Made by a program: the position numbers and the translations under genes. DNA of 64,000 nucleotides from the NCBI GenBank assembly GCA_963763775.1, contig CAVXPZ010000004.1, positions 384,001 to 448,000 of the forward strand, written 5' to 3'. Below, piece after piece: positions 19,150 to 28,499 of the stretch (position 1 is the stretch's first letter; the number at the start of each line of letters is the position of its first letter). Origin of the DNA: an uncultured Chloroflexia bacterium (GTDB lineage: Bacteria > Chloroflexota > Limnocylindria > Limnocylindrales > CSP1-4). The notes below the pieces were generated by a model. That model made no database searches and was not told where the DNA came from. It saw only the letters and a list, made by a program, of their open reading frames with translations.

Positions 19150-21348
19150 TCAGGCGGCCGCCTCCGGGGCGGACGAGGCGTCGTGGCCGCCGCCGCGTTT
19201 GACCTCGTAGAGCGCGTGGTCCGCCGCAGCGATCAGATCGGTGGCGCTCCGGCCGCTGGCCGGGTAGGTCGCGACGCCGATCGAGGCGGCCATCGGCACG
19301 GGTCCGCGCTGCTCCCAGACGAACGGATGGTCGCGGAACGCCGCGAGGATGCGGTCGGCGGCGACCCGGGCATCTGCCGCGTCCGTCTCGGGCAGGACGA
19401 TCGCGAACTCGTCGCCGCCGTAGCGCGCCGGAACGTCGGAGGCGCGCAGGGTCGAGCGGATGAGCTCCGCGGTCCAGGTCAGGACGCGGTCGCCGAACAG
19501 GTGGCCGAAGGTGTCGTTGACGAGCTTGAAGTCGTCGAGGTCCAGCATCAGCAGGCTCAACGGCCGCCGGCCGCGCTGAGCGCGGATGATCTCCTCCCCG
19601 AGCCGCTCGTGCAGGAACCGGTGGTTGTAGAAGCCGGTGAGCGGGTCACGGTCGGCGAGGTTGCGAGCGTCCTCGTACAGACGGGCGTTCTCGAGGGCCA
19701 TGGCGGCCTCGTTGGCCATCGTCCGACCCAGCTGGAGCCGCTCCGCGTCGAGCATGATCGGCGTCTTCGAGAACAACTCCACCAGCCCGATCGCCTGGCC
19801 CTTGGCGACCAGCGGGAGCATGGCCAGGACCCGGTTCCCGTCCTGGATCAGGAGCTTGACCTCGGCCGGGTCCGCGTCGGGGTCGTCGCGGTCGATGATG
19901 ACCGCCTCCTGGCGCTCGAGCACCCGCAGGGTCTCCGGGAAGGCGGAGACGTCGTACCACGGGTCCATGTCGTCGAATTTCGGCGCCGGGTAGTAGCCGA
20001 GCGAGTCGACCCGGCCGGTGGCCCGATCCCAGTAGCTGATGGCGCATTCGTCGACGCCCATGGCGCGGGCGAGGTGCCCGGCCATGAGGTTCGCGACCTG
20101 GCGCGGGTCGAGGCTCTCCGACAGTTCCGCGCTCATGTCGAGCAGGCGCCGCAGCTCCCCGGCGAGGTCCTGGGTCCGCGCGAGCAGCCGCGCGGATTCG
20201 ACCGCGGTCGCCGCCTGGTCGGCCAGGATCGCCAGCAGGCGCAGGTCGTCGGCGTCGAATTGGTCAAGCCCGAGCTTCGAGAGCGTGATGACGCCGACGA
20301 TCGCCTGGTCGTAGCGCATCGGCACGACGAGCATCGATTCGTCGACATCGTCGGTGCCCGGGATGTTCTGGCCGCGCGGGTCGGCATTCGCGTCGTTGAT
20401 CAGCAGGGCCTCGCCGTGCAGCGCGACCCAGCCGGTGAAGCCCTCGCCGATCTTCGTGCGCAGCAGCGAGAAGTCCACCTGCTCGTAGGCCCCGACCGTG
20501 CCGGCGAACGCGATCGGGACGACGTCGTCCGGCGGCTCGATCAGATAGACCCGGGCGTTGTGGTAGTCGATGATCCGTCGCGTCTCCTCGACGACGGTGC
20601 GGCCGACGCCCTCCACGGTCCCGGCACGGCTCAGCCTGGCCGACGCGGCCTGCACCACGGCGAGCTGGGCGGCCCGCGCCTCGGTCTGCTCGAACAGCTC
20701 CGCGTTGGTGAGCGCGATGGCAGCGTGGGTCGCGAGGGTCGTGATGAACGCCACGTCGCCGCTGGTCCAGTCGCGCGGCTCGTACGTGACCGCCGCGAGC
20801 GCCCCGATGACCCGGTCGTGGTGGATGAGCGGGGCGATCAGGTCGCCGGCGAACGTGAGGATCCCCTCGTACTGCTCGAACCCGTGGCTGCGATCGCGCC
20901 GCACGTCCGGGAACGCGAGGACGCGGCCGGTCCGCAGGACCTCGCCGACCCAGCCCTCGTCGCGCCGGAAGTCGGGCAGCTCCGCGGCCACGTCGGTCGG
21001 CAAGCCGGCCCACGCCGCCACCGTCAGGCGGTCGTCGCGGAGGATGCGGATGGTCGTGGCGTCCGCTCGAAGGGCCCGTCGCGTCTCGTCGACGATCATC
21101 CGGAACAGCTCCTCGCGGTCGTGCGAGGCCGCGAGGCGCTCGGCGATCCCGAGGACCGTGTCGAGTCGCTCGGCGAGCTCCAACTCGAGCGACGGCGCGC
21201 CGACCATCGAGCGCACCTGGAGCGTCGGGGCTTCCCCGCCGAGGAGCCGCCGGAACAGCGACGGAGCCGGACCGGGGCGCGGCGTGCCGAACGATCCGGA
21301 CCCGGACACGCCGGTTCCGCGCTTGCCGTCGGATGGACGCACGCTCAC
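19150..21348 (-). CDS. Triple-GAF GGDEF diguanylate cyclase
   Basis: Three GAF repeats ending AIALTNAELFE / ATAVESARL / AMALENARLY; I-site RASD; RYGGDEF. Confidence 0.93.
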   Translation of the reverse strand: MSVRPSDGKRGTGVSGSGSFGTPRPGPAPSLFRRLLGGEAPTLQVRSMVGAPSLELELAERLDTVLGIAERLAASHDREELFRMIVDETRRALRADATTIRILRDDRLTVAAWAGLPTDVAAELPDFRRDEGWVGEVLRTGRVLAFPDVRRDRSHGFEQYEGILTFAGDLIAPLIHHDRVIGALAAVTYEPRDWTSGDVAFITTLATHAAIALTNAELFEQTEARAAQLAVVQAASARLSRAGTVEGVGRTVVEETRRIIDYHNARVYLIEPPDDVVPIAFAGTVGAYEQVDFSLLRTKIGEGFTGWVALHGEALLINDANADPRGQNIPGTDDVDESMLVVPMRYDQAIVGVITLSKLGLDQFDADDLRLLAILADQAATAVESARLLARTQDLAGELRRLLDMSAELSESLDPRQVANLMAGHLARAMGVDECAISYWDRATGRVDSLGYYPAPKFDDMDPWYDVSAFPETLRVLERQEAVIIDRDDPDADPAEVKLLIQDGNRVLAMLPLVAKGQAIGLVELFSKTPIMLDAERLQLGRTMANEAAMALENARLYEDARNLADRDPLTGFYNHRFLHERLGEEIIRAQRGRRPLSLLMLDLDDFKLVNDTFGHLFGDRVLTWTAELIRSTLRASDVPARYGGDEFAIVLPETDAADARVAADRILAAFRDHPFVWEQRGPVPMAASIGVATYPASGRSATDLIAAADHALYEVKRGGGHDASSAPEAAA

Positions 21349-21408
21349 CGCTCGATGGTGTCACCCCGGCCCGGGGACGACGGTCGGCCCGTGGTCCCGA
21401 GCTGGCCC

Positions 21409-21420
21409 GTACGGACGTAC
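21409..21420. promoter_or_regulatory. GTAC-N4-GTAC candidate operator
   Basis: GTAC-GGAC-GTAC, 61-72 nt upstream of the cyclase start. Confidence 0.35.
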
Positions 21421-21439
21421 CAGCCCGGACGGGCTCGCG

Positions 21440-22871
21440 TCAGCCCGTGCCGGGGCCCGTGCGAGGACCCGAGCGGCTCCCGGTCTCCACGTCGTAGCCG
21501 GCGGCCTCCCATGCCGGGAACCCCTGGTCCACCCAGGTGGCGGCGGCGAACCCCGCTGCGCGCAGCAGCGAGGCAGCGATCGACGCCCGGAACCCGGCGG
21601 CGCACATCGTCGCGATGGGCCGGTCGCGCGGCAGCTCGTCCAGGCGGTCCGGCAGCGAACCGCCGTCGATGTGCCAGGCGCCCGGGACATGCCCGGCCGC
21701 GAACTCCGACGCCTGCCGGACGTCGATGAGCAGGGGGGCCGTCGCCCGGTCGCCCGGTGCCAGCGCTCGAGCCAGGTCGTCGATCGAGATGCGGGCGCCG
21801 CCCTCGACCGGGCGACCGTCTCCTTGCCAGGCTTCGAGGCCGACGAGTGCCCCGTCGACCGCGTCGCGCCCGATCCGGATCGCCTGGCGCATCAGGTCGT
21901 CGAGGTCGGTCGGGCGGGCCACCACGAGGACCACGGGCCGATCGAGGTCCACGACCCAACCGAGCCACGTCCCGAACGACTCGTCGCGCGGGATCGACAC
22001 CGAGCCCGGGATGTGCCCGGCGGCGTGTGCGGCCGCCGGCCGCGCGTCCACGACCTGCGCACCCTTCGCGATCGCCGCCGCGAACGCGGCCGGATCGAGC
22101 AGTGGCGGGATCGGAACGCGACCGCCCAGGAGCGCCGGCCCACCCTGGTTCGTCGGCCGCATCCGCGCGAAATAGCGTGGGATGGCCGGCTGGCCGACGA
22201 GCAGGGCGCGCGCGAAGGCCTCGATCTCGAGCGGGGCCGAGGAGGGGGTCCGTCCGCCGCTCGAAGCCGATCGTCGTGACGGGCTGCTCGCCGATCCCGG
22301 TGGAGCACAGCGAGCCGGCGCCGTGCGTCGGCCGGACCTCGACATCGTCGCCGAGGGGCAGGAGCACGTCGTGCAGCGAGTGGTACATGGCGTGGGCGTA
22401 CGGCACGGCGTTCCCGGCCCCCAGCAGGTCGGTCCGGCCGACCGCGCCGACCAGGAGCGAGCCGCCGCTGAACACGGTGGCCGGCTCGGACGGGCGATCG
22501 AGGTCGGCGACCGTGTAGGCCACGTGCTCGGGGGTGTGGCCCGGGGTGTGGAGCGCCGTGAACCGCAGCCGGCCCGCGTCGACGGTGGCGTGATCCGCGA
22601 GCCCTCGATGGTCGTAGCGGAGGGCCGCGCCCTCCCCGATCGCATGCGTGGCGCCGGTGAGGGCGGCGAGATCCCGTGCGCCCGAGACGTAGTCGTTGTG
22701 GAGGTGCGTCTCGACGACCGCGGTGATCCGCAGGCCGGCGGTCGAGGCCGCCTCGAGGTACACGTCCACATCGCGTCGCGGGTCGACGATGACCGCCGTG
22801 GCGGTCGCCTCGTGCACGACCATCGCGGACAGGTGGCCGAGCCCGCTGAGCGAGTAGGTCTCGATGCGCAT
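21440..22871 (-). CDS. MBL-fold hydrolase / double rhodanese fusion (persulfide dioxygenase-like; apparent +1 frameshift near 22237)
   Basis: ETHLHNDYVSG, HTPGHTPEH, VGRTDL, PTHGAGSLC; rhodanese motifs GHIPGS, GHVPGA, CAAGFRA. Confidence 0.9.
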
Positions 22872-22911
22872 CCGGCCGAGCGTAGCATCGAGGATGCGGG
22901 AGGGCCGACCG

Positions 22912-22959
22912 GCCCGGCGGCGGGCCTTGCGGCGCCCGGCGGCGGGCCTTGCGGCGCCC
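22912..22959. repeat. Perfect 22-bp tandem repeat (2.2 copies)
   Basis: GCCCGGCGGCGGGCCTTGCGGC x2 followed by GCCC. Confidence 0.85.
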
Positions 22960-22970
22960 CGCCGCGCCTT

Positions 22971-23000
22971 TTGACCGCCCGTTCGAACCGGGATTACACT
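22971..23000 (+). promoter_or_regulatory. Sigma70 promoter for the Mg-transport operon
   Basis: TTGACC-N18-TACACT. Confidence 0.7.
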
Positions 23001-23006
23001 CCGAGC

Positions 23007-23207
23007 GCGTCGGCGTCCATCGGACCCCGGCCGTCCCAGCCCGTTCTCGAGGTCAGATCGTTCCCGTGGACGACGGTCCCAGTCAGACGGCGCCCCATGG
23101 CGCCACGAACCACAGGATCCCGGTCCGTCCCGCCTTCTGACGGCTGACCGCGGCCCCATCCGGGTCGCGCCACCGCGGCGGGACGTCCCGCTCGCAAGGT
23201 GGCAACC
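23007..23207 (+). promoter_or_regulatory. Structured ~200-nt 5' leader with alternative pairings occluding the SD (candidate attenuator/riboswitch)
   Basis: Pairings 23082-92 with 23131-41; 23126-34 with 23177-85; hairpin 23169-23203 covers AAGGTGG. Confidence 0.55.
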
Positions 23208-24464
23208 ATGCTCTACCTGAGCCAGGCCATCGGCCGCCCGGTGCTCGACGTGAACGGCGAGCCCCTCGGCAAGGTCGACGACCTCATCGTCGCCGTCGGC
23301 GACCGCTACCCGCCGGTCACCGGCCTGGTCGTCGCGACCGACCGGCGTCGGATCTTCCTGCCCTGGTCCCACGTCGCCTCGTTCGATGCGACGGGGGCGC
23401 GCCTGTCGACCGACCGCATCGACATCACGAAGTTCCAGGGCCGGCCCGACGAGATCCAGCTGCGAGCGGACCTGCTCGACAAGCAGATCGTCGACATCGA
23501 CGGTCGCAAGGTCGTCCGGGTCAACGACCTCCGACTCGACGACGTGGACGGCAAGCTCCATCTCGTGGCCGTCGACGTCGGCGCCGCGGGCCTCCTCCGT
23601 CGGCTCGGCGTCGAGCACGGGTACCGCGTGCTGGCGCGGAACCTGCGGTTGCCGACGCCCGAGCGCTACATCGACTGGGAGGATGTCGACCCCGTGGAGT
23701 CGAGCATCGCCTCGATCAAGCTCCGCGTCCCGCATGCCGGCCTGAGCGAGCTCCACCCGGCGGACCTCGCGACGATCATCGACCAGCTCACCCCGCGTGA
23801 CCGTGCCGGCGTGCTGGCGGCCCTGGACGATGAGGCCGCCGCGGACGCGATCGAGGAGATGGAACCCGAGACGCAGGTGGAGGTCCTCGAGGACCTCGCG
23901 CCGGAGCGGGCCGCCGACATCCTCGAGGAGATGAGCCCGGACGACGCCGCGGACCTCGTGGCGGACCTCGACCAGACGACGCGCGACGAGATCCTCGCGC
24001 TGATGGAGAAGGACGAGGCCGAGGAGGTCCAGGAGCTGCTCGGGTACCCGGAGGACTCGGCGGGCGGCATCATGACCACCGAGTACATCGCGCTCGACGA
24101 GACCACGACGGCCGCGGAGTCGATCGACCGCCTCCGCGAGCTCGAGCCGGACGCCGAGACCATCTACTACGTCTACGTGACCGACGAGAACGACCGCCTG
24201 ACGGGCGTGCTGTCCCTGCGCGACCTCATCGTGGCCCAGCCCGACACGAGGATCCGCGACGTCATGATCCGCGAGCCGGTCGCGGTCGGCGTGCTCGCCG
24301 ACCAGGACGAGGTGGCCGAGGTGGTCGCCCACTACAACCTCCTCGCGGTCCCCGTGGTCGACGACGAGGAGCGGCTGGTCGGCATCGTCACCGTGGACGA
24401 CGCGATCGACACCGTGATCCCGACGGCCTGGAAGAAGCGCCTCCCGCGCGTGTTCAGCCGGTAG
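23208..24464 (+). CDS. Soluble MgtE-like protein (PRC-barrel + MgtE_N + CBS pair, no TM domain)
   Basis: MLYLSQAIGRPV, LLDKQIVDIDGRKVVRVND, LHPADLA, YPEDSAGGIMT, LVGIVTVDDAID. Confidence 0.9.
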   Translation: MLYLSQAIGRPVLDVNGEPLGKVDDLIVAVGDRYPPVTGLVVATDRRRIFLPWSHVASFDATGARLSTDRIDITKFQGRPDEIQLRADLLDKQIVDIDGRKVVRVNDLRLDDVDGKLHLVAVDVGAAGLLRRLGVEHGYRVLARNLRLPTPERYIDWEDVDPVESSIASIKLRVPHAGLSELHPADLATIIDQLTPRDRAGVLAALDDEAAADAIEEMEPETQVEVLEDLAPERAADILEEMSPDDAADLVADLDQTTRDEILALMEKDEAEEVQELLGYPEDSAGGIMTTEYIALDETTTAAESIDRLRELEPDAETIYYVYVTDENDRLTGVLSLRDLIVAQPDTRIRDVMIREPVAVGVLADQDEVAEVVAHYNLLAVPVVDDEERLVGIVTVDDAIDTVIPTAWKKRLPRVFSR

Positions 24465-24473
24465 GCCCCGACG

Positions 24474-25865
24474 ATGCCGCAGCTGCGCCGGCGAGCCCCG
24501 GACGAGCCCGAGACGTCCCGACCAGGGTCGCGCACCCGTTTCGTGCGGGCGGGCGGCGTCACGAGCGCGGTCGGGGCCACTCGCCGCCGGCGGCCGCGCC
24601 CGCGCGTGCTCTCGCCCCTGCCGCGGCTCCCGATCTGGCGCGTCCGGATGCTCGCGACATTCGCGGTGCTCGGTCCGGGGCTGGTCAGCGGTTTCGCGGA
24701 CAACGACGCCGGCGGGATCACGACCTATTCGCTGGTCGGTGCCAAGTTCGGCTACGAGCTCCTGTGGGTGATCCTCGCGAGCCAGATCGTCCTGTTCTTC
24801 ACCCAGGAGGTCGGCGCCCGGCTCGGGCTCGCGACGGGCAAGGGACTGATGGGCCTCATCCGCGAGCGGTGGGGTGTCCGGTGGGGCGCCTTCGCCGCGA
24901 TCCTGATGCTGGCCGCGAACCTCGGCTCGACCGTGGCCGAGTTCGCGGGCATCGGGGCCGCCCTGGGCATCTTCGGGGTCCCCACCCAGATCAGCGCGGC
25001 CGTCGCCGCGGTGATCGTCGTCGCGTTCATCGCCCTGGGCAACTACGGACGCGTCCAGTACGTGTTCGTCGGCATCGGGATCTTCGTGTCGCTGGCCTAC
25101 ATCATCTCGGCGTTCCTCGCGGACCCGGACTGGAGCCAGGCCTTCCAGAGCATGTTCCACCCGCAGCTGTCCTCATCGCCCGTGTACTGGCTGGCGGTCG
25201 TGGGGACCGTGGGCACGACGATCACGCCGTGGGGACAGGCGTTCATCCAGTCCTACGTGGTGGACAAGGGCCTCCGCCCCGACGACCTGCCGGCGAGCCG
25301 CGTCGATGTGTTCGCGGGCGCCCTGCTGACCAACGTGATCGCCGCGTTCATCGTCATCTGCTGCGCCGCGACGTTGTACGCGACCGGGCAGACGACCATC
25401 ACGAGCGCATCGGAGGCCGCGCAGGCCCTCGCGCCGATCGCCGGCCAGGCGGCCAGCGTCCTGTTCGCGGTGGGCCTGCTCGGCGCCTCGTTCCTCGGCC
25501 TGGGCGTCGTGCCCCTGACCAGCGCGTACACGACGTGCGAAGCGTTCGGCTGGGAGACCGGCGTGGAGTGGAACTGGCGGGAGGCGCCGGCCTTCTACGG
25601 TCTGCTGGCGTTCTTCATCGGGTTCGCGGCGCTGTTCGTCATGATCCCCGGACTCCCGCTCATCCAGGTGATGTTCGCCGCGCAGGTGCTCAACGCCCTG
25701 CTGCTGCCGTTCATCCTCGTCTTCGTCATGCGGCTGTCGGCGGACCGCAAGCTCCTCGGGCCGCTGGCCAGCGGGCGGCTCCTGCTCTTCGTCGGCTGGA
25801 CCGCGACGGCGCTGCTGATCACCTTGTCGCTGATCCTGATCCTGGTGGCCGCCACCGGCGCGTGA
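24474..25865 (+). CDS. NRAMP-related divalent metal transporter (NrmT/NRMT-like; start may be later)
   Basis: GPGLVSGFADNDAGGITTYS, QEVGARLG, GTVGTTITPW; about 11 TM helices. Confidence 0.88.
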   Translation: MPQLRRRAPDEPETSRPGSRTRFVRAGGVTSAVGATRRRRPRPRVLSPLPRLPIWRVRMLATFAVLGPGLVSGFADNDAGGITTYSLVGAKFGYELLWVILASQIVLFFTQEVGARLGLATGKGLMGLIRERWGVRWGAFAAILMLAANLGSTVAEFAGIGAALGIFGVPTQISAAVAAVIVVAFIALGNYGRVQYVFVGIGIFVSLAYIISAFLADPDWSQAFQSMFHPQLSSSPVYWLAVVGTVGTTITPWGQAFIQSYVVDKGLRPDDLPASRVDVFAGALLTNVIAAFIVICCAATLYATGQTTITSASEAAQALAPIAGQAASVLFAVGLLGASFLGLGVVPLTSAYTTCEAFGWETGVEWNWREAPAFYGLLAFFIGFAALFVMIPGLPLIQVMFAAQVLNALLLPFILVFVMRLSADRKLLGPLASGRLLLFVGWTATALLITLSLILILVAATGA

Positions 25866-25902
25866 GCCAGGGGCGTCCGCGCGGGCGCGCGCCCGGGCGG
25901 GC

Positions 25903-26653
25903 TCACATCATCACGAGGCCGCCGTCCACGGCCAGCACCTGTCCGGTGATGAAGGCGGCCTCGTCGGACGCGAGGAACGCGACCGCGCTGGCGATCTCGT
26001 CCGTGGTCCCGAACCGGCCGAGCGGCGTCCGTGCCGTGATCTCGCTCGTCAGGGCCTCCGGGAGGTCCTGCGTGAGTTCCGTGAGGACGAACCCCGGCGC
26101 GACCGCGTTGGCCGTGATGCCCCGGGACGCCAGCTCGCGGGCGGTGGCCTTCGTGAGGCCGATCAGCCCCGCCTTGGCCGAGCTGTAGTTCGCCTGGCCC
26201 ATCTGGCCCGCCTGCCCCGAGACGGAGGTGATGTTGATGATCCGGCCGGCGCGAGCCTTGAGCATCGGCCGGGTCACGGCCTTCGTCATCCAGAAGGCAC
26301 CGGAGAGGTTCGTCTCGATGACCTCGCGCCACGCCTCCTCGGTCATCCGCATGATCAGGTCGTCGCGGGTGACGCCCGGCGTTGTTGACGAGGATGTCGA
26401 TCTTCGCGAACGCCTCGAGGGCGGTCTTCACGACGGCCTCGGCGGTCTCGGGCGCCCGGGCGTCGCCCTGGATCGCGAGGGCCCGGCGGCCGAGGGCCTC
26501 GATGCCGCCCGTCGCCTCGGCCGCGGCGGCGGCATTGCCGCGATACGTGAAGGCCACATCCGCGCCCTGGGTCGCCAGCCGCAGCCCGATCGCGCGCCCG
26601 ATGCCGCGCGACCCGCCGGTGACGAGCGCGGTCTTGCCCGTGAGGTCGATCAT
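25903..26653 (-). CDS. fabG: 3-oxoacyl-ACP reductase (apparent +1 frameshift near 26377)
   Basis: VTGGSRGIG, LVNNAG|VTRD, GQANYSSAKAG, NAVAPGF. Confidence 0.92.
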
Positions 26654-27852
26654 GCGTGCACCTCCGAATGCGCGGTCTCCGGGTCGCCGGGGACGACATC
26701 GTCCAGGGGGATCTCGATGCCGGGTGCCACCGGGCGGCCGACGATCTCGGCGAGCGCCGCGGGGATCGGGTCTACCGAGTCCCAGTCGACCGGCAGTCGG
26801 ACGTGGACGTCGGCCGGGTCGACGGCCGCATCGCCCGCGATACCGCGAGCCGGGTCGGCGGTCCACTGGATCGCGACGGCTCCGCTCGTGAACCCGGCCC
26901 CGAACGCCACGATGACGATGTTGTCACCGACCTTGACCCGTCCCTCGTTCACGGCTTCGGCGAGCGCGATCGGCACGGACGCCGCCGAGGTGTTCCCGTA
27001 CTTGTCGAGGTTCACGTACATCCGCTCCATCGGGAGGTCGAGGCCCTTGGCGACCGCCTCGATGATCCGGATGTTGGCCTGGTGCGGGATGAAAAGGTCG
27101 ATGTCGCCGGGCTCGAGGCCGGCCCGCCGGATCGCCTCGAGCGCCGTGGAGGCGAGGGTCCGCGTCGCGAACCGGTACGTCTCCTTGCCCTCCATCCGGA
27201 TGTAGTGCTCGCCGCGGGCGATGGTCGCCGCGGACGGCGGGCTCTTGGCGCCACCGGCCGGGAGCCAGATCATGTAGGCGCCCTGCGGCTCGGTGGTCAT
27301 CTCGATGCCGAGCCCGCCGCCCGGCTCGTCCGACGCCGAGATGACCACGGCCCCGGCGCCGTCGCCGAAGAGGATGCAGGTGCTGCGGTCCGTGTAGTCG
27401 AGGAACCGCGTCAGGAGCTCCGCGCCGATGACGAGGACGTGCTTCGCGAGGCCGCTCGTGACGTACGCCTGCGCGGTCGCGTAGGCGTACACGAAGCCGG
27501 AGCAGGCCGCGGCCACGTCCATCGCGGCAGCGCGGGTGTTCCCGATCGCCTCCTTGACGAGCGCGGCCGTCGACGGCATCCAGTAGTCGGGGGTGAGCGT
27601 CGCGAGCAGGATGAGGTCGATCTCGTCGGGATCGATTCCCGCGGTGCGGATGGCGCGCAACCCGGCGACCGCCGCCATGGACGCCGTGGTCTCGTGCGCC
27701 GCGGCGACCCGCCGCTCGCGGATGCCCGTCCGCTGGACGATCCACTCGTCGTTGGTGTCCACCATCCGCTCGAGGTCCGCGTTGGTCAGGACCTGCGACG
27801 GGGCGTAGCGGCCCCAGCCCGTGACGTGGGCGTAGCGCGTGCCGAGACTCAC
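26650..27852 (-). CDS. fabH: Beta-ketoacyl-ACP synthase III
   Basis: AACSGF, LFGDGAGA, PHQANIRI, GNTSAAS, AFGAGFT. Confidence 0.96.
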   Translation of the reverse strand: MSLGTRYAHVTGWGRYAPSQVLTNADLERMVDTNDEWIVQRTGIRERRVAAAHETTASMAAVAGLRAIRTAGIDPDEIDLILLATLTPDYWMPSTAALVKEAIGNTRAAAMDVAAACSGFVYAYATAQAYVTSGLAKHVLVIGAELLTRFLDYTDRSTCILFGDGAGAVVISASDEPGGGLGIEMTTEPQGAYMIWLPAGGAKSPPSAATIARGEHYIRMEGKETYRFATRTLASTALEAIRRAGLEPGDIDLFIPHQANIRIIEAVAKGLDLPMERMYVNLDKYGNTSAASVPIALAEAVNEGRVKVGDNIVIVAFGAGFTSGAVAIQWTADPARGIAGDAAVDPADVHVRLPVDWDSVDPIPAALAEIVGRPVAPGIEIPLDDVVPGDPETAHSEVHA

Positions 27853-28499
27853 AGTGGTTCCACCTCCACGAGGGGCTGCTTCGCCTTGACCAGTGTCCCG
27901 CTCTCGGGGATGACCTTGACGACGCGGCCGGCGAGGTCGGACTTGATCTCGTTGAACAGCTTCATCGCCTCGATGAGGCCGATGATCTGCCCCACGGCGA
28001 TCTCGCCGCCAGCCTTGACGTACGGCGCGGACCCGGGGGCCGGCGACGCGTAGAAGATGCCGGTCAGTGGCGCCTTGACCGACGGCCGCGCCGTCGCGGC
28101 CGGGTCACGACCCGCGGTCGACGGCTCGCCCACGACCGGGGTGGCGACCATCGAGGCCGGGATGAGCGTCGCTTCGGGCATCGCGGCGACCGGCGCCGCC
28201 GTGATGGGCTTGCGCAGCACCAGGCCGGTGCCGCCCACCTCGACCTCGAGCTCGGACAGGTCCGAGCGGTCCAGCAGCGCGGCCAGCCGGTCGATGAGGG
28301 CGAGGAGCTCCACGTCGCCGCCGTCGCGCGGCATCGGGGCGACCGCGTCGGCCGGCGCCTCGATCTGGACCGTGCCCTCCTCGGACGTGACCTCGGCGGT
28401 CACGATGTCCTCGGCCGTCGGTGCGATCCGGGCCTCCGCACCCGCGTCCCCGTCGTCGTCCGCCGGCTTCGAGGCGCCGCGCGCGTCGTCGTCGCTCAT
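27849..28499 (-). CDS. accB: Biotin carboxyl carrier protein
   Basis: APLTGIFYASPAPGSAPY thumb and an intact EAMKL biotinylation motif. Confidence 0.93.
   Translation of the reverse strand: MSDDDARGASKPADDDGDAGAEARIAPTAEDIVTAEVTSEEGTVQIEAPADAVAPMPRDGGDVELLALIDRLAALLDRSDLSELEVEVGGTGLVLRKPITAAPVAAMPEATLIPASMVATPVVGEPSTAGRDPAATARPSVKAPLTGIFYASPAPGSAPYVKAGGEIAVGQIIGLIEAMKLFNEIKSDLAGRVVKVIPESGTLVKAKQPLVEVEPL

Noticed and set aside
23007-23207. M-box (ykoK) or yybP-ykoY riboswitch
   Set aside because: I could not find their conserved sequence blocks; reported as an unclassified leader instead.
25903-26653. fabG and other split genes as pseudogenes or programmed frameshifts
   Set aside because: Uniform +1 insertions with no shared slippery motif and otherwise intact genes fit sequencing error better.
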